This document shows positions 1-11,673 of a stretch of DNA of 64,000 nt, piece after piece. Positions within the stretch are counted from its first letter, which is position 1, and each line of letters begins with the position of its first letter. A program made the translations under genes and the position numbers. This DNA is from Octopus bimaculoides. Lineage: Eukaryota. Location of the stretch: positions 35,620,708-35,684,707 of the forward strand of contig NC_068989.1 of NCBI RefSeq assembly GCF_001194135.2, given 5' to 3'. A model generated the notes under the pieces. That model searched no databases. It was not told the origin of the DNA and saw only the letters and a list, made by a program, of their open reading frames with translations.

Positions 1-37
1 CTACAAAATAATATAATAAAATAATGATATATATATA

Positions 38-1056
38 CATGAGAGTGGGCTGAAAAGTTCATATGCTGACTATGGAGGAGTGATGCTAGAGCTGCGAAAT
101 CATGCATGCATTAATTTCAACTTTAACTGCATTGTTTCTTTTCAGGTAAACTGACATGTCACTGGTCAAAGATGACTTCAGAAGTAACTAGTAGTGACTT
201 CTCTTTTGAAAATTGACAAAATTTGGCATCATGGTGTTATCAAGTACCTGCAGAAAAACGGTTTAGCTCCCAAGAACAGTCATGCTAACATGGTAGCTAC
301 ATTAGAGGATGATGCTCCAAATTTAGCAAAGGTGCAAAAGTGGGCAACTGAATTTAGGAGGGGAAGAGAGAGTCCTGAAGATCACCAAAGGTCTGGACGT
401 CCTGCAACTGCTACCACTAAGGAAAACATTGATCATGTTCAGCACACGGTGATGGATGACAGGCAATTAACTATAAATGAAATAACCAAAACTATTAGCA
501 TATCTAATGAGAGTTGAGAATATTCTGTGCAATTAACTTGACTTGCTCTAATGAAGGTCAAGGTCATTTCATCTACAGGGAAGATTGTGTTCATTGTTCA
601 TCTTCAAAAGGGATACACCTTCAATGGAGAGCACTATGCCAACTTACTGAGGCCGTTATGAAAGGCTATCAAGACCAAACACCCAAGAAAACCAATGAAA
701 GAAGGTATTGTTTCATAAGGTGAATACCCTTGGTTTCAATGGCTACTGTGCATGACTGGCTTTGAACTGGCTGATCACCTTCCCTATTCTGATTTGGCCT
801 TATATAACTATCATCTGTTCCCCAACACAAAAATGTACTTGGCTGAAAACCAGTATCGCAGTGATGATGATGTCATTTGCTGTTGATGACATTTTTTATC
901 AACAGGATGAAAGTGTCTTCGCCAGTGGGATCCAAGCATGGCTACACCTATAGAAAGAAGTATGTGGACTGAAAAGGGAACTATGTTGAAGAAATAAACT
1001 TCATTTGATTACATTCTATCTTGGTCAGCCAATAAACTTTTCAGCTGACCCTCTTG
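38..1056 (+). mobile_element. Internally deleted mariner transposon
   Basis: TIR-like ends gagagtgggctgaaaagtt / aaacttttcagctgaccctc; HTH region ...KWATEFRRGRES.ED..RSGRP (194-517); decayed HxPYSxDLAxxDYHLF box near 770-830. Confidence 0.88.
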
Positions 1057-1335
1057 TGTGTACTTATGGGTGTATGTGCATATGTATGTATACATATGTA
1101 TGCATGTATATCTTTTACTGCTATTTTTTACTTGTTTCAGTCATTAGAGTGAGGCCATGCTTTGGTATTGCCTGAAAGGTTTAGTTGAACAAACTGACCC
1201 CTGTACCTTTTTCTATAAATGTTATACTTACTCAATCGAAATCTTTTTTGCCAAATTGTTAAGTCATGGGAACATAAACAAAATAACACCAGTAGTCAAA
1301 TGGTGGGGACAGGACAAATGCAAACACACACACAA

Positions 1336-1372
<37 letters not shown>

Positions 1373-1376
<4 letters not shown>

Positions 1377-2400
1377 GGTCGTCAAGTATGAAATTTGTAG
1401 AAAAGAAAAAAGTCTGCTAATGTTTTATAAATATTAGGAATACAGTTCTAATATCTGTCAAATGTAAATAATGTAATACAAAGAAGTTTTATTCATCAAA
1501 GTATGCACTCATATTGTCAATACACTCTTGCCATTTCAGTGGTAGCTTGTCCAGCCTGGAACTGTAAAAGCTCGGCAACCTAGAGTCAATAAAATCTTGG
1601 AAGGCTTGTTTTACAGCATCGTCGGGATTAAATGTTTTTCCTATGAAAAAGTTATCCAAATTCTGGAAGAAGTGGTAGTCAGTAGGGGCAAGATCAGGTG
1701 AGTATGGTGGATGGATGATGGAGAACTTCCAACTCCAACTACTGTAGTGTTGCCACTGTCATTTTTGTGATGTGTGGTCTGGTGTTGTCTTGCCATAAAA
1801 TAGGAGTAGATCTGTTGACTAATCTAGGCTGTTGTTTTGTAAGTTTCTGCATCATTTGGTCCAGTTGGCTGCAGTATACTTCAGCCATGATTGATGAGCC
1901 AGGTTTAATGAAATCATAATGAATCACACCTGTGTCAGACCACCACACACACACCATCAGCTTCTTTTGATGAATTTTGCTTTTTGGATTGTATTTTGGT
2001 GGCTCGTCTTTGTCCAGCCATTGTGCTAAGCATTTATAGTTGTTGTATTGGATCCATTTCTCATCACATTACAATTTGATTCAAGAATTATACATTTTTG
2101 TGGAGAGAAAGTAGCATAATATAGGCTTCCAAACGTTGCTGTTTCTGATTTTCAGTGAGTTCATGTGGAAAACACTTATACAAATCTTTCACTTAACCGA
2201 TTTGAACTAGGTGAGTCAAGTTTGTTTGCTAACCCCAACCAACAACGATAATTCACAGGCACTTTGAGATGGATATGACTCAACAGTGGCTATCAGTTCA
2301 TCATTATCCACCTTTGTTTCTGGTCGACTGCGTTGCTTGTTTGTGAGACCAAAGTTACGAGAATGAAATGCTGCAAAACAATTTGATACTGTCTGCTATT
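1373..2400 (-). mobile_element. Decayed mariner (Mos1-like) transposon
   Basis: MVCVWW...GVIHYDF...YCSQLDQM...ILWQDNTRPH (1739-1957); HPPYSPDLAP box near 1690-1715; TA-attaggtcg end at 1371; right boundary approximate. Confidence 0.85.
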
Positions 2401-2800
2401 AGAATGAACTACTCCATTAATATTCCGAGCTGTCTATGGTGGTGTATTTCTCAGAACAGGGTCATCAGTTTCCTCTTGCTGGTTCAGACATCCACAGACT
2501 AGTTTCAGGGTATTTGCCCTTTATCAATGTGGAGTAGTCGAACCCAGCAGATGAACTCCCCTGTTTGAAGGGTGTAATGGCCTCTTGGAGCTAATCAATG
2601 GCAGTATTTGTCCCATTAGCTCAGCGATAACTATTAATACCTAGTACTGCTGCTGTAGTCTCCCTTAGAGAGATTAAGAAACAATCATATTTATATTTTT
2701 GAAAACCAGTGGATGCATTCCACTGAATATATATAAACCTTCAAAAAGACAGTCAACAGCAGCGCCTTCTGGGTTCGACTACTCCACATTGATCAGCCCT
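2400..2800 (-). mobile_element. Penelope-like pseudo-LTR fragment with short inverted extension
   Basis: Contains a minimal hammerhead motif and a perfect 25-bp inverted repeat (2523-2547 / 2769-2793); CpG-richer than flanks; no ORF seen, so the class is inferred. Confidence 0.55.
2491..2533 (-). ncRNA. Minimal type I hammerhead ribozyme motif, U3-A8 core variant
   Basis: Minus strand reads UCCACA-UUGAUAA-AGGG(caaaua)CCCU-GAAA-CUAG-UC-UGUGGA: 6-bp helix I, 4-bp helix II, palindromic helix III, GUC cleavage triplet. Confidence 0.7.
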
Positions 2801-3431
2801 CATATATATGTATTAATTACTTGCTCATATATATATATATATATATATATGTGCATCTATGCATTAAATTAATTACTTGGTCATAAGCCGGAAAGAAAGA
2901 CACACTCAATTTGAGAAATATTTCAGTTAAATTTTTAATCTGTCGAGTAGTATATTACTGGTCATGGCATATAACAGACCATGTCTGAAAAGTTGTGAAT
3001 ATTGTCAAGTGCAAAGTCAGCATGACACGAATGACAATATGTTGACAACTCGTTGTTAGACATAAGTAGCAATATACTGTGCAACAATATCAATATATAT
3101 CTATATATACATATATATATGAATGTTTGTAGGTATGTATCTCCCTTTTGGAATAGTATATCATGAAGCACACACACAAAGTCACAAATAACAGTATCCA
3201 AATAATGGGCCCGAACCTGCCCCTCAACAACTTTGATGGAAAAAGTCAAAGGTCTTTGATGTTTCCCATCAATGATGGATTTTTTAGTTTAGTGTATGCA
3301 TGCTATTGGTTGCGGCTTTGTGTGCGTGCTTTGAGAGATACTATTCCAAACAGGAATTATTCCATTTTCTCTTGAAAGATTATAGAGTTCTTGTGGTTTC
3401 AACAATATATACAGATATGTGTGTGTGTGTT

Positions 3432-3469
<38 letters not shown>

Positions 3470-4093
3470 TAGATAGATAGATAGATAGATAGGAAAGGTA
3501 AAAAAGAGGGTAGTGAATGGGTGTCTGAAGCAATATATATATGTATATATATATATATATATATAAGTAGATAAATAACAAGAGAAAAATCAGCAACTGA
3601 ATGAAAAGCAAAGATTTGAGAGCAACACACTGAAAAGTAGTCTATGAAAACCAAATGGAAAAGTGAGGCAAGGTAAAAGAAAAAGAATTGTTGCTTAAGA
3701 GGTGAATGAACCAAAGTTGGATTACACAAAAAAGGAAGAAATAATTACCTGAGAAAGAATTTAGCAGAATAACATGGAAATTAGAAAAGAAAGTTTTCTT
3801 TTTGTTTTAAATTTCATAAAAGAAAGGGGTTTGGCTTACAGTATGAAGCATGTAACTAAACTTAATTCAGTGTTATATTTTTTATGATTTCTGTTATTAA
3901 TTTGTGGTGACACTGTCTTCATTGTTTTATTCAATTAATTAGGTATCAAGATTTATTCTAATATATCTCGTAAAGTCTCAGGTTCATCATCTTGGGCAAG
4001 TGTTTTCTATTGTGGCTTCAGGTTGATGAAAGTCTTGTGAGAGAATTTGGTAGATGGAAACTGAAAGAGGCTCATCGTATATACATTCATACA

Positions 4094-4124
<31 letters not shown>

Positions 4125-4126
<2 letters not shown>

Positions 4127-4450
4127 TTTGGCTCTCTGTAGGTTACGACAATAAGTGTTTCAGTTGGTTCAATCAACAGACCACCCTGCTCATGAAATTA
4201 CCATGCAAATGTCTGAGCACTCTACAGATGAGTACACTTAACATGACTTTCTGGGGGATTCAGCATGACACAGAATGTGACAAGGCTGGCCCATTTGAAT
4301 TATAGGTACTACTCATTTTTGCTCGCTAAGTGAACTGGAGCAATGTGAAATAAAGTGTCTTGCTGAAGGATACAAAGCACTGTCGGAAATGGAATTTACA
4401 ACCTTATGACCGTGAGATGAATATCCTAGCCACTAAGCTGTGTGCCTTCA
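4125..4450 (-). mobile_element. tRNA-derived SINE, old copy
   Basis: Degenerate A/B-box head at the right end; 3' half matches the younger copy at 35455-35800. Confidence 0.7.
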
Positions 4451-4891
4451 TTTTACCATGTGTATGTGTGTATATATCTTTGTCTTGACATCATGTAATG
4501 GTTGCAAATGAGTATCACTGCTATACAAGCAATGTTGTTCATTTCCATATATCTGGCCTTTAGAGTATGTTACCTTGCTTGGAAACTGGTGAAGGATGGC
4601 AACAGGAAAGGTACCCAGGCATAGAAAACCTGCCTCAACAAATTCCATCTAACGCATGCAAGCATGGAAAAGTGGACGTTATATGATGATGATGATCACA
4701 TAAAAAACATTGGTGATGGTGTCATGTACAAAGCACCCAATACACTTTGTGGAGTGGTTGGCATTAGGAAGGGCATCCAGCCTTTGAAACCAAGTCAAAA
4801 CAGACTATGGAACCTGGTGTAACCCCTGACCTTGTCAGTTCCTGTCAAGCCATCCAACTCATGAGGATGTTAAATGTTGTTGTTGATGATG

Positions 4892-4937
<46 letters not shown>

Positions 4938-5889
4938 NNNNNNNNNNNNNNNNNNNNNNNNNNNNNNNNNNNNNNNNNNNNNNNNNNNNNNNNNNNNNNN
5001 NNNNNNNNNNNNNNNNNNNNNNATATATAGGAAGACCCTAAGGATTTCCCCAAAATTCTTATAAATTCTCTCACAAGATACTGATCAACCAAAAGCTTTC
5101 ATTGAAGACCTGTGGGTCAAGTGGTGTTCAATGAGATCAAAACTAAATCTGTTTAGTTGTCACATTTCTTAAGCAGAAATATTTAATTTTGTTATCATTT
5201 TATTTAAGGTTTAATGAGAGGAAAAGGTTACCAAAATATTTTTTTCAAGTCCTTCAAATCATGGTGAGGAGGAAGAAACCTCAACTTTGGAGATGTTGCA
5301 GTCAGAATGAATGTAGCAAAATACTCGCAACTAAGTGTATTCTACAAAAGGTTCCAAAGGGTACCCAGGTAGTGCTGGTGTTAAACTTCTTGACAGAATA
5401 TATCTACAGAGACAGATTAGCTGTCAGGATTCCACGCAATTTCCATCAGCCAATTTCACTCAAATTACTTGAGTTGATGTAAAACCACTGTAGAAGACAT
5501 TTAACCAAGGTGCCAAACTATGGGATTGAACTTCAAGCTCTGTGATTGTAAAGGGAATTTCTTAACCAAATTGCTCTGCTTGTAGGTAGGCACTTTAAAA
5601 TTCAGGATCTCTTTGTGTTATGAATATAACAGACATTGTTGCATAGTTTAAAAAAATAAATAGGAATTCTATGACTAAATTTTCTTTCAATGGATAAGAA
5701 AGAGAAAAAAGAACATTGTAAAATTAATATGGGATCAGGCATGTCTGCATGGTTAGTAGTTTTGCTAAACACCCTATGTTTCTTCTCCACTGCAAATTAT
5801 CCCATCACAAAGAAACCTCTAAATTATCTTATATTTCTATTTTCCAATTCACTTTATTCATATTCATATCACTAGGTATTGGAGTATAT

Positions 5890-6700
5890 CACAATTGAAT
5901 TTCATCACCATCATCATTGTTTTAACATTCACTTTTTCATGCTTGCATGGGTTGGATGGAATTTGTTGAGGCAGATTTCATATAGCTGGATGCTCTTCCT
6001 CTCATTTAACCCATACCTGTTTCCAGGCAAGGTAATATTCTCCCATGGCCAGACATGTTTCCCACAGAAGATTGGAAATGAAACAACATTACATGCATGA
6101 CGGTACTGCTTGTTTACAACCATCATGTGATGTCAAGAGAATGGTCCACACACACACACACATATTATATGTTATGCAGATGAATGTAGATAGCTCCATG
6201 AAGAAGTGCTGATCACTCAAACTGGATGGAACTTGTGAAAGAGGGAGACCTAGGAAGACATGGAATGAAGTACTGAAGGACAATCTCAGGACACTGAATC
6301 TTACTGAGATGACAAAGGACCAAGATATCTAGCACCTTGCTCTATTTAGGAAGACATGTCCTCTACAGCAGAAGTGTTAATGTTGCTTTCCCTGATGAAG
6401 AGGATTGACCTGCAAGAGCTCTGTGCCAGTGCCATGTAAAAAGCACTTATATTAGCACCAAGTAAAAAGTACTTGTGCTGGCTCCATGTAATAGCACCCA
6501 TGCAGGCACTCATACCAAATAGTGCTACAAAGACAGCACCCGGCATACTCTGTAAAGTGGTTGGCATTAGGAAGGGCATCCAGCAGTAGAAGCCAAGCCA
6601 AATCAGACTGGAATCTCATACAGTTCTCCTGCTTGTCAGCTCTGGTCAAGCTGTCCAACCCATGCCAGCATAAAAAAAGGATCATTAAAGGATGAGGATG
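5890..6700. mobile_element. RTE-tail SINE (minus, 5890-6130) abutting an RTE LINE 3' fragment (plus, 6140-6700)
   Basis: CERGRPRKTWNEVLKDNLRTLNLTEMT remnant; tail ...ccaacccatgccagcat...gatgaggatgat shared with the RTE copies at 12455 and 45043. Confidence 0.75.
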
Positions 6701-7753
6701 ATATGGTAGACTCTCCCGTGGAAGACAATGTATGAGTGTTTAGCTTTTTCCAAATGACCTGCACAAATGATTTGTTTATAGTTATCAAATGTTCATGCTG
6801 CATGTTAGCTACCTCTCTCCACCCTAACCACTAAGCCATGTGCTCTCATATATATATGAGAGGCTTTCAGTTTCCATCAAAGAAATCCACTCTCAAAGCT
6901 TTTGACAATCTTGGGCTATAGCAGAAGACATTTGCCTAAGATGTCACACAGTAGCACTGAACCCAATATCATGTGGCTGGGAAGCAAGATTCTTCATGAC
7001 ACAGCAGTTTTTGATGGGTTTTATAGCATTTGTAATTCTTTGGGGAACTTATGCTCAGCACTGCAAGTGGATTAAATAACTCCAGCTACTTACATCCTCA
7101 TCATCATCATCATTTAATGTTCACTTTTCCATGCTTGCATGGGTCAGACAGAATTTGTTGAGATAGATTTTCTTCCTGTTACCAACCCATCCTGTTTCCA
7201 AGTAAGGTAAGATTCCCCATGATTAAATGTGTTTTTCTCAGAAGATTGGAAATGAAGGATGTCACTTGCATGTTGGTGACATATATTTACAACTATCACA
7301 TGAAATCAAGGTGAGGAGAAACTAACATGCACACACACAGATGTACAAAGAGCCTTTTTCAGTTTTTGTCTACTAAATCCACTCAAAAAGCTTTAGACAG
7401 CCTAAGGTTTATAGTGTCACATAATGGAATTGAACCTGAAACCATGTGGTTTGGAAGCAAACCTTTTACCACACATCCAAGCCTACACCTTTATAGTTAA
7501 AAATCTGCTGAGTAAGGGGAATTTTTTTTTTTTTGCTATTACTTGTTTCAATCATTTGATTGTTGCCATGCTGGCACATCGCTCTGAAGTGTTTTAGTCA
7601 AACAAATTAACCCCAGGACTTATTTTTTAAGCATAGAACTTATTCTATCGGTTTCTTTTGATGAATCGCTAAGTTATGGGGATGTAAACACACCAACACT
7701 AGCTATCAAGCAGTGATGGGGGGACAAACACAGACACATAAATATATACATAT

Positions 7754-7796
<43 letters not shown>

Positions 7797-8269
7797 ACGG
7801 GCTTCTTTCAGTTTTTGCTTACCAAATCTACTCACAAGGCTTTGGTAAGCCTAAGACTATAGTCCAAAATGCCATGCAGTGGGACCGAATTCAGAACAAT
7901 GTGGTTGGGAAGCAAGCTTCTTACCACACAGTCACATGTGTGCCTATCATTAAATGCTAAGAATCCTTTGTCACTAAGTCTTGATGATCCACACTGTCAT
8001 GATTATTTCTTGATTTTGTACCANNNNNNNNNNNNNNNNNNNNNNNNNNNNNNNNNNNNNNNNNNNNNNNNNNNNNNNNNNAAAAGAAAACCCCTGAATT
8101 TTTAGAAATTTTAAACAAAAAGCGTGTGAAGCAACAGTGCAGAGCTGCAATAATGGCAAAGAAGAAAACAGGTCTGAAAAGTAGGCAGCCCATTTTACCA
8201 CTGACAAGTTGGGATGAGCCAAGGTAAAGGGGTTGAGAGTAATGGAAAGGAATAAGACAGAAACAAAGA

Positions 8270-8273
8270 GACC

Positions 8274-8323
<50 letters not shown>

Positions 8324-8429
8324 GACAAGCAGACAGAGGTAGACAGATGGGTAGCTAGAAAGATAGGGAGAAACAGATGGACAGATGGGTGGAAAGAGGG
8401 ATAGATATATAGGTAGGTAGGTAGGTAGG

Positions 8430-8516
<87 letters not shown>

Positions 8517-8715
8517 ACTAATAGATAAAAAGCTATATAAATACATAGGTAGATAAACAGAGAGATAGATGGAGAAACAGCAACTGTCTATCTAGCTGTC
8601 TATCAATTCAGCTAGCTAGCTAGCTAGCTAGCTAGCTAAGCAAGACTGATAGATCAAGCGATAGATAGGTAGTAGACAGATAGATAGCTGGATAGACACT
8701 AGATAGATAGATGTA
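8270..8715. repeat. Compound microsatellite (AG)n, (TAGG)n, (TAGA)n, (TAGC)n
   Basis: Direct reading. Confidence 0.95.
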
Positions 8716-8766
8716 ATTAGGCAACACCTAAACCAATATGGTGAGGGAAAAAACCAAAACACTCAC

Positions 8767-8781
8767 TTTTGATTTAAAATA
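8767..8781 (-). CDS. Candidate 15-nt micro-exon of laminin alpha (adds N-ILNQ)
   Basis: ttttacctttcttgtttttctccattgcAG|TATTTTAAATCAAAA|GTGAGT; open in the phase-2 frame left by exon 11589-11673. Confidence 0.5.
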
Positions 8782-8899
8782 CTGCAATGGAGAAAAACAA
8801 GAAAGGTAAAATCATTAATAAAATGGATGAATGTTCCTTTGTTTACAGTAATATTAATACAAATAGCATTAAAGAATGGCTAGAAAACATACATAAAAG

Positions 8900-9130
8900 T
8901 GTAGTGGTGATGGTGATAGTGAGGTGGTAGTGATGTTATGACAGTGGCAATGATGGTGGTAGTGATAACAGCAGTGATGGTGTTGAGGGTTGTGATGGTG
9001 ATAATGAAAGTGATAGAGATGGTTATGGTGGTGGTTGTGGTGATGGTTATGATGATGATGGTTGCAGTGATGAGGGTGGTTGTGATTATATGATGGTGAT
9101 GATTTTGAGAATGAAACAATAACAACAGCC
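8900..9130. repeat. Degenerate (GAT/GGT)n trinucleotide tract
   Basis: Direct reading; source of spurious His/Thr-rich ORFs. Similar tracts at 9905-10170 and 43615-43810. Confidence 0.9.
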
Positions 9131-10204
9131 ACAACATGAAGAGATTAATGTACATTCTACAATGATGCTGCCAATTTTTTTAGCATTACCTTTACGTGCT
9201 GCTGAAGACTGGGTCATTATAGGCAGATTTGTAGTTTTGTTGTTTACATTAGAATCAGCATGACAGACACAACTTCACATTTCACTTGCTTTACCACCCC
9301 CACCCCCGACCTTCTTGAGTATCTTTATCTTAATCCAATATGTCTCCAGTCTGCGGATACTTTCACCCCTCTCTTCTATCAGTGATGGAGGTTCTGTAAA
9401 GTGTCATGGGCACTGCCCTCCCTTCCACCAATATTGTCCCTGTAAAATGTTATGCATGCTGCCCTCCATTCTACTTGTCTGTAAACGACCATAGGCATGG
9501 ATTGAATTAACCTTATAGCTAAATCTACATTTAACATCATGGGTAGAAAAAAATGGTCCAACCCATGGAAAATAACCATAACCATAATTAAAAGAAAGAC
9601 CTTCTTTAGTCATGAATGACCACGGGATTGCAACTAGAAAGTTACCCTCCAAGGCACAAATCTGGGCATGGTTATTTATGGAAGACCAGCAGTTGCCCAT
9701 GCATACCAACCTTCCCAATGTTATCCAAGGGAAAAGCAAAGGCCAATACAGCTTGGCATCAGTGATGCTGCAACTCATTTCTACAGCTGAGTGAACTGGA
9801 GCAATGTGAAATAAAGTGTCTTACTCAAGGACAATACACAGCCCAGTCTAGGAATCAAACTCACTACCTTATGATTGTGAGCTCGATGTTCTAACCACTG
9901 AGTCATGCACCTTCATAACCATAATTACTATCATCATTATCATTATCATCACCATCATCTTTACTTCATTATCATCATCAACACCATCATTATGACCATC
10001 ATCAATTCCACCTTCATCATCACGATATTCATCACTACCATCATAGTCATCATCATCATCAATATTATCCCCACCATTATAATAATCAATACCATCATTT
10101 TCATTGTTGTCATAAGCATTGGCATCATCCAGTGCATTGTTTTTATTATCACCATCATCATCTATAAGTCATTAAAAGTCAGTTTGAATCATGCTTGCTT
10201 GCAA

Positions 10205-10755
10205 TGTTACTCAGTCAAACTGGCACATAATGGGAAAATACTATGAATTAGCCTGAAATGTTAATACGAATGGAATGAAACAAGTTTCGCGTAAATTGGT
10301 AAAGTGGTTTTCAAGATATTAGAGATTTTGGGGGTATAAATACCCAAAATGGTGCATAATGAGAAATTTTCCGAGAATAATCTTCATCCTGAAAGGGAAG
10401 TAACTCTTATCTTTCTATTAGACAGTGAGTTGACAACGAAAAAATACAATTTTTTTTTTACAGTAAATGTCTCTATTTTTGCTTTTGTTAAACACAATAT
10501 TTTAATCATTTAGAAATATTTAAAAAATGTAAGTTGTTTGTAAAGTATTTATATTTTAGCTTCCTTTAAACACAACATTTTTGTTTTTTAAAATTATTTT
10601 CAAGTGAATACCATAACAAAAATTTTTTTTGGCATATTTAAAAAATATTCTTAAGTGAAAATGACTTTAAAAATACGGTAAATATTTCATAAAAGACCCA
10701 TTCGTAACCTCAGTGTGAAATAGTTTTTTCCATAGGTATTTTTCGAGTGCATTCA
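10205..10755. mobile_element. AT-rich MITE-like element with degenerate terminal inverted repeats
   Basis: atgggaaaatactat...gttaatacgaatgg near 10229-10272 mirrors ccattcgtaacctcagtgtgaaatagttttttcccat near 10698-10734. Confidence 0.4.
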
Positions 10756-10759
10756 ACAT

Positions 10760-10870
10760 ATTTGGCTGCTATTTCTAGCATGCCCTGCTACCATGTAACA
10801 GCTATTTGCGATAAAGGACCTGAAAATCTTGTTACATGGTAGCAGGGCATGCAAGAAATAGCAGCCAAAT
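10760..10870. repeat. Near-perfect hairpin: 41-bp arms, 1 mismatch, 29-nt loop
   Basis: 10760-10800 is the reverse complement of 10830-10870 except ctag/cttg. Confidence 0.95.
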
Positions 10871-11588
10871 CTTTCCTTTTCTGGGGAAAGGAGCCATTTA
10901 CATGTGATTTTGATGTCACATTCATTGAAAGCATGTGAAATAACTTGGAAAAGAAAATAAACACCATTGCTGGGAAACTCACGGTTTCCTGGTGACCCAA
11001 TGGGTAGTCTAGTTATTAATATTTTTTTATGTTTATTATCCAATATTTGGATATGCCTGTAATACAGTATGTGATTTCTCATTCATTATTTAATGGGAAT
11101 GATGTAGAAAGCAAAGAAACCCCGTGATATCTCATTTCTGATAGGACTGACTCCACAGAATCTGCTGACATTTGTCTACTTAAAAATGAACATCTAAAAA
11201 TAATGGTTATTGGCATCTTTATTATTGTTGCTGCAGCAGCAGTAGTGTAGTGATTCTTGCAGACATCAGTGTTCTTAAAGGACACAAAGTAACAAATGAG
11301 AAGTCACATGCTTACTTACAGATGTGCTTAAATATTGAATAATGAATATTAAAACAATGTTAAAACAGAGTTAATTATAATGATGGTGATAACAGAAAAT
11401 GAACTGGACAGTGATGATGATGATGATAATTATGGGGTGATGATGATAATGATGGCAATTTTATAATTAGACATGGTATAATAAGAACAGGGAAATAAAA
11501 AAAACAGAAATAATAATTGCTTATTTGGTATTCCTGTTCGATGTGGGGGAAGATTGGGAACATGAGAAATTATTAAAGGTGTCCTTAC

Positions 11589-11673
11589 TTTGGAGGTAGT
11601 ACTGTATATCCACCAACATAAAACTGGTTTACTGACAGCTTGTTCATAGTTCCAGGAGAAAACCCAGTATAAA
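11589..11673 (-). CDS. LanA: Laminin alpha exon, LG2 (YTGFSPGTMNKLSVKPVYVGGYTVLPP)
   Basis: catcttttttcag acceptor, gtaagg donor, 85 nt, phase 1-2; G.SPG and VYVGG motifs; absent from the ORF track. Confidence 0.9.

Noticed and set aside
2445-2470. Second CTGATGA/GAAA pair next to the hammerhead at 2491
   Set aside because: The intervening 11 nt do not form helix II and there is no helix I.
2962-3290. LG-like peptide TFSIKVVEGQV in ORF 2962-3249
   Set aside because: There is an in-frame stop just upstream with no acceptor AG between them, and no LG motifs downstream.
9190-9275. Open frame ...DSNVNNKTTNLPIMTQSSAARK|gtaatg as the end of LG2
   Set aside because: The only usable AG lacks a pyrimidine tract and the GC motif is absent.
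8869-10246. His-, Thr- and Ile-rich ORFs (also 43542-43838 and the YIYI ORFs)
   Set aside because: They are translations of (CAT)n and (TA)n microsatellites.
11079-11285. ORF with a phase-2 acceptor at 11194 as the next laminin exon
   Set aside because: It reaches a stop with no convincing donor, and the peptide has no LG motif.
11316-11326. 7- or 11-nt micro-exon (aag|CACATCT|gtaagtaagc)
   Set aside because: Weak AAG acceptor, poor pyrimidine tract, and neither length preserves frame.
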